Position numbers and translations under genes: made by a program. The notes beneath the pieces were generated by a model. That model made no database searches, was not told the origin of the DNA, and saw only the letters and a program-made list of their open reading frames with translations. A stretch of 64,000 nucleotides of DNA from an uncultured virus (IMG/VR IMGVR_UViG_3300032607_001050) (Duplodnaviria > Heunggongvirae > Uroviricota > Caudoviricetes). Shown one piece after another: positions 8,910 to 17,613 of the stretch. Location of the stretch: the IMG/VR virus record IMGVR_UViG_3300032607_001050, one strand, 5' to 3'. Positions within the stretch are counted from its first letter, which is position 1, and each line of letters begins with the position of its first letter.

Positions 8910-9920
8910 TTAGATCGTGTCGCCGCGCATGCGGCTGAGGACTTCCTCGGGCAGCTTGGCGAAGTCCTGCTGGTTCATCTTCATGACGGCCTTGGCGTCG
9001 AACGCGCCGCCGGCCTTGTCGCTGTCGATGCCGACCTTGGTCGTGCTGGCCGGGGTGCTCTCGACAGCGGCGATGGTCTTGGCGGCAGCGGCCAGCTTGC
9101 GGGCAGCAGCGACAGAGGCGGCGTCCGACTTGGGCGCGGGGGCGAGCGTCTTAATCTGGGCGGCCGTGGTGGCGCCGAGCTCCTTGCGCACGGCTTTCTG
9201 CATTGCCTCGGTCGGGTTCATGCCCTGGGCTTCGTAGCCGTTTTTCATCAGGATGACCTCGGCCATGGCCTCGGCATCAAAGTCCACATGGGCCTCGTCG
9301 AGCATGGGGTACTGCGCCTCGATGCGGTCGAGGGCGTTCATGTAGCGCGCGCTCTCGGCGGCCTGGCTCTGGGCGGCGCGGATTTTGAGGTCACTTTTGG
9401 CCTCGGCCATCTCGCGCTCAGCCCGGCGAATCTGGGACATGACGGCGGTGGCCTTGTCGATCTCGCCGTCGGTCAGCAGGGTGGCGTACTCTTTCTCGAG
9501 CTGGGCCACGACGGCGTCGGTGGCCGTGACGTTCTCGGACAACGTGGCGGTGTCTTTCAGGGCTTTGAGGGCGGCGTTCTCGCGGCGCAGCTCGTCGGCG
9601 GTTTCCCGGGCCTTGGCAAGTATGGCCTCGTGGCGGTCGAGCGGGATGCGCTTGCCGCGCGGCTTGGTCTTGTCGGCGTCCTTGTCCTCGTCGTCGTCTT
9701 CCTCGGCGGCAGGAGGGACGTCGGCGGCCTTGGCGGCGAGCTCGGCTTCGAGAGCAGCGGCGGTGGCTGCCTCGGTGACGCCGCCCTTGCCTGCTTCGGC
9801 ATCAGCGGCTGCGGCAGCGGCGCCGGGGTCAAAGTCGTCGCCGCGGTCGAGCGTGCCGGTGCCGCCGGCGTCGAGGTCGTCATTCATCAGCCGGTGGCGC
9901 AGGAGGTGCTTGGGGTTCAT
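8910..9920 (-). CDS. Capsid scaffolding-like protein
   Basis: Acidic N-terminus, IPLDRH, coiled coil, C-terminal MNQQDFAKLPEE; lies between portal and capsid. Confidence 0.7.
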   Translation of the reverse strand: MNPKHLLRHRLMNDDLDAGGTGTLDRGDDFDPGAAAAAADAEAGKGGVTEAATAAALEAELAAKAADVPPAAEEDDDEDKDADKTKPRGKRIPLDRHEAILAKARETADELRRENAALKALKDTATLSENVTATDAVVAQLEKEYATLLTDGEIDKATAVMSQIRRAEREMAEAKSDLKIRAAQSQAAESARYMNALDRIEAQYPMLDEAHVDFDAEAMAEVILMKNGYEAQGMNPTEAMQKAVRKELGATTAAQIKTLAPAPKSDAASVAAARKLAAAAKTIAAVESTPASTTKVGIDSDKAGGAFDAKAVMKMNQQDFAKLPEEVLSRMRGDTI

Positions 9921-12124
9921 GGTTCAGGTCCTTGAGGTGGGTTAGCGGGTGGGGTTGGCGGTGCTGGGGGTTTGGCGGCAGCGGTGGCGGCGTCCTGGGC
10001 GGCCTTGACGCGGGCGTCGACACGTTTCTGGGCGGCGTCCTGGGCCTGCAGCTGGAGCTTGTCGTCGGCGGTGCGGACCTTGAGCTGGTGGTCCATCTCG
10101 GCCATGCGCTCCTTGTGGGCCTGCTCGCGCTCTTTCATCTGCGCCTCGTGCTCGGCCTGGGCCTGCTCCAGCTCGGGGTTGCCAGCGGCGGGCGCTGCAA
10201 TCGGGGTGCTGGCCAGGGTCTGGGCCTTGACACCGGTCTCCTGGGTCTTGGCCTGCTTGAGCTGGGCGTCGGCGTTCTTCTGGGCGACTTCGGCTTCGGT
10301 CTTGGACACCTCGGCTGCCTGCCCGCGCGCGGCCAACTGGGCCTGGGCCTGGGCTTCGGGCGAGTTTTTGCCGGCCTCCATCTGCTTGATGATGTCTTTC
10401 TTGTTGATCAGGCGGCTGTTGTCGATCAGCACGCTGTCGGGGATCATCACGCCCATCTCGCGCAGCGACGTGGCCTGCTCGAACTGGCTGTCTTCCAGGG
10501 TCTCGCGGCGCGGCACGGAGCTGACGACGATGCCGTACTCGCCCAGCGTCAGGTCGTTGAGGATCTCCTCGTAGGGGCCTTCCATGCCCTGTGCCTCGTA
10601 CTCTTCCCGGCTCATCGGGTTGGGCTGGTTGACGGTGAAGTTCTCGGTCTCGCCGGTGGCCTCGTCCTTGGTGATGCTCTCGAGGCGCTCTTCGGTGTAG
10701 AACTCCTGCACCAGATCCAAAATGTTGCGCGCCAGCATCCAGTCGGTGCGGGTCAGCGAGTCCAGCGGCTTGACCAAGTTGGTGCTGCCGGCCTGCTTTT
10801 TGGCCTGGATCGCCTTGGCGGCGACGTCGGCGCGGTCCATGCCCTGCATGGAGTCGCTGACGCCGGAGATCGTCTTGATGTGCTCTTCGGCCTTGTAGCT
10901 GGCGCGGTCCAGACCCTGCGGGACCTGGTTGGGCTGAATCTTGTCGATCCCGTCCATCTCGTTGACCTCGACCACGAGACCGGTCTGGGCGCCCTTCTGC
11001 TCGAGCTCCTCGATGGTCATGTTGACCAGCGCGCCGGCTTTGACCTTCCAGCCGCTGTTGGCGGTGGTGTTGATGACGTGCAGCTCCTGGCTGGTGACCT
11101 TGTTGAGCAGCTCCTGGGAGCCGATCAGGTTCTCGACCAGCCCGACCGTGTGGCCGTAGCGGAAGTGCGGGAAGTACGGCACGATGGTGAAGTGCTTGTA
11201 CGGGCTCCAGTCGTCGTGGAGCTTGACGTTGTCGGCAATCACCGTCCATTTGATGCGCCGCACCATCTGGGTGATGACCTGAAAGCCGTACTTCTCGCGG
11301 AAAAAGGCGATCTTGTCGCGGCCGAAGTCGTCGGGCACCGGGCGGGTGTCACCGGTCTCGGGACTCAGGAAGTGCTTCTGCTTGTCGAGCACACGGTGCT
11401 GGCGCTCGATCAGCCGGATGTTGCGCATCACGGCGCTTTCGTCGTAGTTGCCGATGTACTGCGGGTACTGCTGGCTGCCGAAGCGGTCGCGCAGGCTCTC
11501 GATGGAGTCAAAGCCGTATGGGAAGGCGCTCTGGTCGCGGTTGCGCAGCAGCTCGGCGTCGGCCTTGCTGTACAGGATGGCGATGTCGTCGGCTGTTACC
11601 CACTTGGTGGTGAACACCTCGCCCCAGGTGTCGGGGTCGTAGCCCTCGGCGTCCGGGTCAACGACGACGTTCTTGGGGTTGATGTTGTCGATTACGACCT
11701 CGCCCTGCATGTTGTCGCCGTAGGCGATGCGCACGTCGAGGTAGCCGCGCGAGCCGATGATGCCGTCGGCGAACATGTCGCTGCGCTTCCAATCGAGCTG
11801 GTTGTTGTCGCTGATCTGCTTGTAGACCTTGCTCAGGATGTCGGCCGTAGAGGCGCTGGAGCCGCTGCGGGGCCGGAAACTCGTCTCGGCGCGGTTGAAA
11901 ATCTGTTCGCCCAGCACGTTGCCGACGGTGGAGATGATCTTGTTGATGGTCAGCGCCGGGCGGCGCACCAAGTCGAGCCGGGCCTTGTCGGCGCGGTCCC
12001 ACTGGTCGCCGCGGAACATGCGCTCACACAGGTCGACCTTCTTGACGAAGTCGCTGTGGCCGTTGTCGCGGCAGTACTGGTAGCGGTTCCAGATGCGCTG
12101 GCTGAGGGCGGTGTCGACGGGCAT
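9917..12124 (-). CDS. Portal protein (N4/P22-type podovirus portal)
   Basis: GDQW...RPALTINKI, DPDA..YDPDTW, GLVENL..SQE.LNK; C-terminal coiled coil; follows terminase. Confidence 0.9.
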   Translation of the reverse strand: MPVDTALSQRIWNRYQYCRDNGHSDFVKKVDLCERMFRGDQWDRADKARLDLVRRPALTINKIISTVGNVLGEQIFNRAETSFRPRSGSSASTADILSKVYKQISDNNQLDWKRSDMFADGIIGSRGYLDVRIAYGDNMQGEVVIDNINPKNVVVDPDAEGYDPDTWGEVFTTKWVTADDIAILYSKADAELLRNRDQSAFPYGFDSIESLRDRFGSQQYPQYIGNYDESAVMRNIRLIERQHRVLDKQKHFLSPETGDTRPVPDDFGRDKIAFFREKYGFQVITQMVRRIKWTVIADNVKLHDDWSPYKHFTIVPYFPHFRYGHTVGLVENLIGSQELLNKVTSQELHVINTTANSGWKVKAGALVNMTIEELEQKGAQTGLVVEVNEMDGIDKIQPNQVPQGLDRASYKAEEHIKTISGVSDSMQGMDRADVAAKAIQAKKQAGSTNLVKPLDSLTRTDWMLARNILDLVQEFYTEERLESITKDEATGETENFTVNQPNPMSREEYEAQGMEGPYEEILNDLTLGEYGIVVSSVPRRETLEDSQFEQATSLREMGVMIPDSVLIDNSRLINKKDIIKQMEAGKNSPEAQAQAQLAARGQAAEVSKTEAEVAQKNADAQLKQAKTQETGVKAQTLASTPIAAPAAGNPELEQAQAEHEAQMKEREQAHKERMAEMDHQLKVRTADDKLQLQAQDAAQKRVDARVKAAQDAATAAAKPPAPPTPPANPPQGPEP

Positions 12125-12126
12125 GC

Positions 12127-12483
12127 TTACTCCAGGAATTTCAGCCGGTACAGCGCCTGGGCGCAGACGGCGGTGATGACGTCAATGAGGCTCTGGATGG
12201 CGGAATTACCGTCGGCACACTCGGGGCCGTACTCCTGCAGCCAGTCTGTCAGCGCCTGGATGTAGGCGACCGGATTGCCGGTCGGCACCTTGATCGCCGG
12301 GTAGGAATTGACGTGGCCTTTGAGCCCCTGATAGACCTCGGCGAACTCGTCGGTGGCCTCCAGGATGTCGTCGTAGAAGGTCTGCAGCGCCATGTGCTGG
12401 GCGTAGCTGCGGGTCGACAGGTGCGTCAGGTGGGCGGCCGTCCGCGCGGCAAAGCAGCGCGCGATGATTTCGGGGGCGCTCAA
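12127..12483 (-). CDS. Ferritin/Dps-like four-helix protein (DUF5856-like)
   Basis: HLTHLSTRSYAQHMALQTFYD...DEFAEVYQG, C-terminal YRLKFL. Confidence 0.7.
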   Translation of the reverse strand: MSAPEIIARCFAARTAAHLTHLSTRSYAQHMALQTFYDDILEATDEFAEVYQGLKGHVNSYPAIKVPTGNPVAYIQALTDWLQEYGPECADGNSAIQSLIDVITAVCAQALYRLKFLE

Positions 12484-12496
12484 GAAGCCACCCCCA

Positions 12497-14089
12497 TCAT
12501 GCCGTCATGTGGCTGCCGGCCCCGTTCAGGTTGTTGAGTTTGCTGCGCCACGATTTTGGCTCCTTGGAACGAGGTTTAGCTGGAGGTTCGCGGCCGATCG
12601 CCATCTGCGTCATCCAGGCGATCGAGTCGACCTGGTCATCATGGACGCCGGCGGGGAAGCGGAGAAGTTCGAGCCGGGCGGCGTCATACCACTCGGCGTG
12701 ATCGTTGAAGCTGACCATGCCCTGCTGCATCCGGCCCTGCAGCGGGCGAGCCCGCGCCATCTTGTCGGAGATGGGTTTGAGCACCACGATGGAGGGGTAG
12801 ACACGGCGTTCTCGCATTCTCTTCTTTAATAGAGCTTCGATTGCACGGTAGATTTGCCCGTCTTCGAAGCCGAGCATTAGGCCAGGACTATACCACCTCG
12901 AACATAGATTTAAGATTGACTCGACGATGAAAAACGAGTCAGCTGACTTGTAGCGCAGGATTTCGGCGACGTGCAGCACGTCGTCGGCGTCCTGCAGCCC
13001 GACGGTGCCGACGGTGTAGTCGTTCTGCTTTTTCTCGCTGATGGCGAAGTCGAAGGCGATGTAGACGTTGGCTTGGGTGATGAAGGGCACCGTCCCGCGC
13101 CTGAAGTGCTCCTTGAGGAAGTAGGCACCGTCGTCCGGGACCGGGTTCTGCTGGTACAGGGCTGACCAGAAGCGCGGGCTGATGGTGCGCTTGATCTGGT
13201 TGAGCTTCTGGATGTCGTAGCGGGCCTGGTGCAGCGGCTCGCCCTTGCGGCGCAGCAGCTGGCCGTTGGCCGGGGGTGCGTCGACGATCAGGTCGCAGTC
13301 GTGGTCGAGGTATTCGTCGAATTCGGCGATCGCTGGGTACTTGACAACGACAAAGTGGTCAGCCTCGGGGTCGGCGGCCATCGCAACCTGCAACTTTCCT
13401 GCAAGGTCATCGTCATGCCACCAGGTTTGTACCAACAATACTCCACCGCCTGGAGCCAGGCGCGTGTAGGCGGTGGAGTCATACCATTCCTTGAGTTTTT
13501 CGCGGTTGTCGGCGCTGTCGGCCTCCTCCGCATTCTTGATCGGGTCGTCAATCGTGAGGATGTGGGCGCCCTTGCCGGTGATACCGCCGCCGACACCGGC
13601 CGCCACGTAGCCGCCGCGCCGGCCCTGCACGCCCCACTCCTCCGCACCCTGAAAGTTCGGGTTCAGCCGGGTGTCGAACACGCTGTGGTAGCTCGGGTCC
13701 TCGAGCACCTCCTTGACCTTGCGCGAAAACGACATGGCCAGGCCCACGTTATACGAGCAGGCGATGATTTCGTGGTCGGGGTGCCGGCCGAGGTGCCAGG
13801 CCGGGAACATCCGGCTGCCCAGCTCGCTTTTGCCATGCCGGGGCGGCATCAGGATCATCAGCCGGGGGCTGAGACCCTTGGCCACGTCGTCGCTGAATTT
13901 TTCTAAGCGCCTGCAGATGTCCTCATGCACCCAGCCGGCCAGGTAGCGCGGGTTGATCCGCTGGGTGAAGGGCAGTAAACGCCTTCGGCTCAGAATCCTG
14001 GAGGCCAGCTCGGCCTGGACGGCGGGGTCAGCGCTTGGGAGCAGCGCCGGTGGCTGCCCAGTGGGCGAGGTCCGCGTACTCAAGGCCAT
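12497..14089 (-). CDS. terL: Terminase large subunit
   Basis: Walker A MPPRHGKS, Walker B IDDPIK, nuclease DFA...DYTV and HDDQVD. Confidence 0.95.
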   Translation of the reverse strand: MALSTRTSPTGQPPALLPSADPAVQAELASRILSRRRLLPFTQRINPRYLAGWVHEDICRRLEKFSDDVAKGLSPRLMILMPPRHGKSELGSRMFPAWHLGRHPDHEIIACSYNVGLAMSFSRKVKEVLEDPSYHSVFDTRLNPNFQGAEEWGVQGRRGGYVAAGVGGGITGKGAHILTIDDPIKNAEEADSADNREKLKEWYDSTAYTRLAPGGGVLLVQTWWHDDDLAGKLQVAMAADPEADHFVVVKYPAIAEFDEYLDHDCDLIVDAPPANGQLLRRKGEPLHQARYDIQKLNQIKRTISPRFWSALYQQNPVPDDGAYFLKEHFRRGTVPFITQANVYIAFDFAISEKKQNDYTVGTVGLQDADDVLHVAEILRYKSADSFFIVESILNLCSRWYSPGLMLGFEDGQIYRAIEALLKKRMRERRVYPSIVVLKPISDKMARARPLQGRMQQGMVSFNDHAEWYDAARLELLRFPAGVHDDQVDSIAWMTQMAIGREPPAKPRSKEPKSWRSKLNNLNGAGSHMTA

Positions 14090-14256
14090 CAGAGGCCAAA
14101 ATTGTCATTGTCATCCATCAGGCTGGCGCGCCGCTCGTCAATCTCGGCCTGCAACATCGCCGCAAACAGGTCGTCTGCGGCGGCGTAGCGGCGCTCCCGT
14201 TCGATGACCTCGGCATGGAGGGCGTCGATGGCGTCGATTGTGTTATTCCGGGTCAT
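14089..14256 (-). CDS. Small hypothetical helical protein
   Basis: ATG 14256, TGATG coupling to terL. Confidence 0.5.
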   Translation of the reverse strand: MTRNNTIDAIDALHAEVIERERRYAAADDLFAAMLQAEIDERRASLMDDNDNFGL

Positions 14257-14410
14257 TGAGCATCCCCTGAATCTCGGCAATCATGCCCATCGCCTCGAGC
14301 GCGACGGTCAGCTGGCCCGAATTTCGGGCTGCGTCAGCGATCTCCAGAATCTGCCGGCTGACAAAGTCTTTGTCGAAGGTGGGGGCCTTGGGAATTAACG
14401 GGTTTGACAT
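14243..14410 (-). CDS. 55-aa protein resembling a TerS oligomerisation helix pair
   Basis: Manual translation MSNPLIPKAPTFDKDFVSRQILEIADAARNSGQLTVALEAMGMIAEIQGMLNDPE; AGGAG RBS. Confidence 0.6.
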   Translation of the reverse strand: MSNPLIPKAPTFDKDFVSRQILEIADAARNSGQLTVALEAMGMIAEIQGMLNDPE

Positions 14411-14433
14411 GGGCGGCTCCTAGTTAGAGGGGT

Positions 14434-14703
14434 TTAATCCGCGGCGCGGGTGTCGATGAACACCGGTGTGCCCTCGCCCATCCACGCGCCGATCGTGTTG
14501 AACTCAAAGAACTCTTCGGCGTCTTCCCGGGACATGTCCCGAGCCAGGATGTCGATGCACCGGCTGCGGTCGTAGGCCACCACGCGTAGGCCGCCGGCCC
14601 GCTCACAGATGCCGATCACGGCCTCGTCGAAGTCGGCGGGTTCCAGAAGCAGGGCCTCGTCGCCGTCCAGCAGCTCGTTTAACCGTTCGCGCGTGTAGTT
14701 CAT
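14434..14703 (-). CDS. Conserved phage hypothetical protein
   Basis: ATG 14703; FDEAVIG...EEFFEFNTIGAWMGEGTP motif. Confidence 0.75.
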   Translation of the reverse strand: MNYTRERLNELLDGDEALLLEPADFDEAVIGICERAGGLRVVAYDRSRCIDILARDMSREDAEEFFEFNTIGAWMGEGTPVFIDTRAAD

Positions 14704-15326
14704 GGTTTCTCCGGTGGGTTGAGCGCCTGCTGGGCGCCTTGGGTGATGACTTTGAGCAACTCGGCGTCGCTCATGCCGTTCAGACGGTCGATCACGACGT
14801 TCCCGCTGACGTCGACCTTGATCTTGTGTTCCACGGGGGCGTAGTAGCCGCACATCTTTCCGATCTCGCGCCAGCCGGAGATCATGGTCATGGGCTCGGC
14901 CATCAGTTTGGCCATCTCCACGCCCTCGAGCAGCCCGTCCATGACTTTCTGGCGGGTCATCTGCCCGGCCTCCTCGTACTTCGCCTTGATCTGGTGGTAC
15001 AGCTGCAGCACGTTGGGGTACTTGGCCAGCCGGTAGGGGACGGCGCTGCTTTCGTAGCCCGCACGTACTCCGGCGGTGGACAACGACTCGCCTTCGGCCC
15101 AGAACTTGACGAAGAGCTTCTGTTTGTCGGTCAGCGGCTTGTCGGGGTCGATGACCTCGGCCAATTCGGCGGCTGACAGGTTGGAGGTGTCGACGCCGCG
15201 TGACCTGGCGGCGCTTACGCCCCGGCCGGTGTTCGCCCCGCGCACCGTGCGCTTGGTTTTTGGGGTCGTGTCTTTCATTTGCTTACCGCGCTCGGTGAAA
15301 GCTTCGAAGGGCTTGGCTCTTGGCAT
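14700..15326 (-). CDS. terS: Terminase small subunit
   Basis: LTDKQKLFV...AGVRAGY HTH and WREIGKMCGYY motifs; upstream of terL; start may be 15278. Confidence 0.85.
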   Translation of the reverse strand: MPRAKPFEAFTERGKQMKDTTPKTKRTVRGANTGRGVSAARSRGVDTSNLSAAELAEVIDPDKPLTDKQKLFVKFWAEGESLSTAGVRAGYESSAVPYRLAKYPNVLQLYHQIKAKYEEAGQMTRQKVMDGLLEGVEMAKLMAEPMTMISGWREIGKMCGYYAPVEHKIKVDVSGNVVIDRLNGMSDAELLKVITQGAQQALNPPEKP

Positions 15327-15337
15327 CTTGGCGGCAT

Positions 15338-15355
15338 TCTAACTTAGAGGTTAGA
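15338..15355 (-). promoter_or_regulatory. TCTAAnTTAGA motif plus extra half-site at the terS promoter
   Basis: - strand reads TCTAACC-TCTAAGTTAGAAT; TAGAAT is -10-like. Confidence 0.7.
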
Positions 15356-15386
15356 TGGCTGGGAAATCTCGTGGCGAATTGGCTGG

Positions 15387-15548
15387 GAAAAATTTATGAA
15401 ATTTTTCTGGAATCGGCCGCGTGAGGCTCCCCCCGGGTGCCTCGTTCCGAGGCTACCCGGTTCGGATTCGGGTTCATCCGCTCTCTATAGGGGACCCTAT
15501 CCCTCAACCATCCCCGCTCACGAAGTCAACGACGAACAAGTTCGTCGT
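15387..15548. other. Cluster of inverted repeats in the divergent intergenic region (candidate packaging/terminus site)
   Basis: Five inverted repeats (see findings), immediately upstream of terS. Confidence 0.5.
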
Positions 15549-15600
15549 ACTGCATGCGTTGTTCGAGCATCTTCGCTCTTATCAATAGATTGGATACGTA

Positions 15601-15840
15601 ATGACCATCGCTAACACACTGGGCCGTGCCATTGGTGCTACCGCCGCATACACCGCTCACGCAGCTGCCGTGAGCATCAAGTCGACCGGCCGCTTCGGCG
15701 TCGACCTGATCGACGGCACCACCGAGGGCTACGCAGACCACTCTGCGCGCCTCGCCGCCCAGCGCGAGCTGGCCTACGGCGCCGCCGGCAAGCCCAAGTC
15801 CATCGCCATCGCTGTCAAGCGCAAGGCAGCCACCGCCTGA
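15601..15840 (+). CDS. Early hypothetical protein
   Basis: Strong codon bias; first gene of the + arm. Confidence 0.75.
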   Translation: MTIANTLGRAIGATAAYTAHAAAVSIKSTGRFGVDLIDGTTEGYADHSARLAAQRELAYGAAGKPKSIAIAVKRKAATA

Positions 15841-15845
15841 TCACC

Positions 15846-15870
15846 GCGCCCGGGCAACCGGGTGCTTTTT
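15846..15870 (+). terminator. Rho-independent terminator
   Basis: GCGCCCGG-GCAA-CCGGGTGC followed by T5. Confidence 0.8.
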
Positions 15871-15922
15871 CGTCCCGTGGTTATGCACCAAGGGCATTTT
15901 TCATTCTTGTTTGGAGATCGCT

Positions 15923-16204
15923 ATGAACACCGTTAAAGCTAAACCTGTCGGCTCAATGACCAAAGCCGAGTTGCTCGCCCACATCGCGGGCTTAGATGCC
16001 CGCATTCTCGTCGGCGCAAAGCTGGTGCGCGACCTGCGCACCGAGCTCGCCATGGTCAACCAGCCAGCGCTGGTGTACACGCAGGCCGCGCCTGCTGCGC
16101 ACAAGGCGTACTACGACTACGTCCGGGCACAACGCACCGCGTGCAAGGCCGCCGGCCAGCGCGTCGTGTCGTACCAGACGTTCGCGCAGTGGTCTGCGCA
16201 TTAA
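15923..16204 (+). CDS. Hypothetical protein
   Basis: GGAG RBS, ATG 15923. Confidence 0.7.
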   Translation: MNTVKAKPVGSMTKAELLAHIAGLDARILVGAKLVRDLRTELAMVNQPALVYTQAAPAAHKAYYDYVRAQRTACKAAGQRVVSYQTFAQWSAH

Positions 16205-16265
16205 ACAACCCAGCAACGGGGCCAGCGGTGACGCTGACTCCGTGCTATTAAATTAGGAGCATCGA

Positions 16266-16577
16266 ATGATCGACGCAGTTTTGCTTTTTGGGCTGATCAA
16301 CATTGTCTTCGAGATGGTGTTGCTCAGCATGCTGCCGGTTAAGTTCCGGCTGAAGTTGCTTGGCACGCATCAATTGCAGCTCGTGCTGCATGTGCTGTTC
16401 CTCGTCGCCAACCTGCTGGTGCACTGGGGAACACTGGTGGGCACGATGTCCTCGATTCTTGCGTTCTGCGCATCAATCGTCTCCGTTCGCATCGCCCAGA
16501 TGCTGTTCGGAAAAATCGAGGGCGGGCGGTACTACACCGTCGGCCTCATTAAATACAAAGCCGAGGAGTTGACATGA
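16266..16577 (+). CDS. Membrane protein
   Basis: AGGAG RBS; about three hydrophobic segments. Confidence 0.75.
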   Translation: MIDAVLLFGLINIVFEMVLLSMLPVKFRLKLLGTHQLQLVLHVLFLVANLLVHWGTLVGTMSSILAFCASIVSVRIAQMLFGKIEGGRYYTVGLIKYKAEELT

Positions 16578-16663
16578 GTGAACGAATGATCGACGTGCTG
16601 TACGCCGTCGCAACCGTACTCATCACAGCCGGTGTCGGCGTGATGCTGGCGTGGAGGGGTTGA
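16574..16663 (+). CDS. Small single-TM peptide
   Basis: MSERMIDVLYAVATVLITAGVGVMLAWRG; GAGGAG RBS, ATGA overlap. Confidence 0.5.
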   Translation: MSERMIDVLYAVATVLITAGVGVMLAWRG

Positions 16664-16665
16664 AC

Positions 16666-16935
16666 ATGGCACGCATTTACATGGTCTGCCACGTTCTGGC
16701 CGACGGCAACGCTGGCTTCCCAACTCGCATCTTTGCAATGAAGGAAGACGCGCACAGGTTCTGCGTCGAAGTCAAAAAGACCAGCAGTCGCGTGTACATC
16801 GTGCATGACTGCATCGTCATACCTGACAAAAGCCGTGACCTCGCCCACGAAGCTGACATGCGCGCGATGCGCAAAGAGCAGCTCGAAGCTGACTTCGCTG
16901 ACGACCCAGAGTTCGACTGTGATTTCAGCTACTGA
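16666..16935 (+). CDS. Hypothetical protein
   Basis: GAGG RBS; ORF track. Confidence 0.65.
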   Translation: MARIYMVCHVLADGNAGFPTRIFAMKEDAHRFCVEVKKTSSRVYIVHDCIVIPDKSRDLAHEADMRAMRKEQLEADFADDPEFDCDFSY

Positions 16936-17010
16936 CTGAAGACAACGCCCGGCAAGCCGGGCGTACTGCATTCGTTTTTGGGCATGTCGCCCGTTTACAT
17001 AGGATTTTCA

Positions 17011-17268
17011 ATGACGCACACCATCGCTATCAAGCGCTTGCCCTACATGGGCATCCCTGTTGACTCCAAAGTCAAGCGCGCTGTCCAGCCATCGCTGGAG
17101 ATCCCATTCTCCGCCCTGCACGAGTACGAGCTCGAGCAAGTCGAGGCTCGGCTGCAGGTCAGCACCGATCCGTTCGACGTCCTCGCGGGGAAAGTCGAAC
17201 ACCTTGCACAGCTGCTGGGCTGTTCCGAAGCGCAGGCCGAACGCGTGCTCTTTGCACGCCTCAAATGA
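17011..17268 (+). CDS. Hypothetical protein
   Basis: AGGA RBS, ATG 17011. Confidence 0.65.
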   Translation: MTHTIAIKRLPYMGIPVDSKVKRAVQPSLEIPFSALHEYELEQVEARLQVSTDPFDVLAGKVEHLAQLLGCSEAQAERVLFARLK

Positions 17269-17540
17269 TCCGCAGCCGCGACGACGAGCAGCGCCACATC
17301 TGGCGCTGCATGAATGCACCGCTGCTCACAACAGCGTTTGTTGTGCCCTACCAAATAGAAAGGTATCCCGTGACATTGCTCCCAAAACCGCTGGAACCCA
17401 AAAAGATGACCTACGACGAAGCCTACGAGCTGGCCTACGAGCAAGCCTGCGAGTCGGACAGCCCCAACTCGCCTGACTTTGATCAGCTCGTCGACATCTT
17501 CATCGACATGTTGTGCATCAAACACAACATCGAGGCCTGA
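17265..17540 (+). CDS. Hypothetical protein
   Basis: ATGA overlap; acidic C-terminus. Confidence 0.55.
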   Translation: MIRSRDDEQRHIWRCMNAPLLTTAFVVPYQIERYPVTLLPKPLEPKKMTYDEAYELAYEQACESDSPNSPDFDQLVDIFIDMLCIKHNIEA

Positions 17541-17613
17541 AAGCATCACTGGCTGTCTCGCATGCGGGACAGCTGGGGAATCTTTCCCACAACAACCAAA
17601 CTGAAAGCAAATC

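Noticed and set aside
9942..11249. Same-strand alternative-frame ORFs rich in R/P/G/S/T in portal and other genes
   Set aside because: Compositional shadows with no local codon distortion, unlike the 33107 case
9932..12265. Long + strand ORFs opposite portal, capsid (5144-6712) and the giant gene (45823-47760, 48805-50349)
   Set aside because: Antisense shadows expected from GC3-rich codon usage; no motifs or RBS
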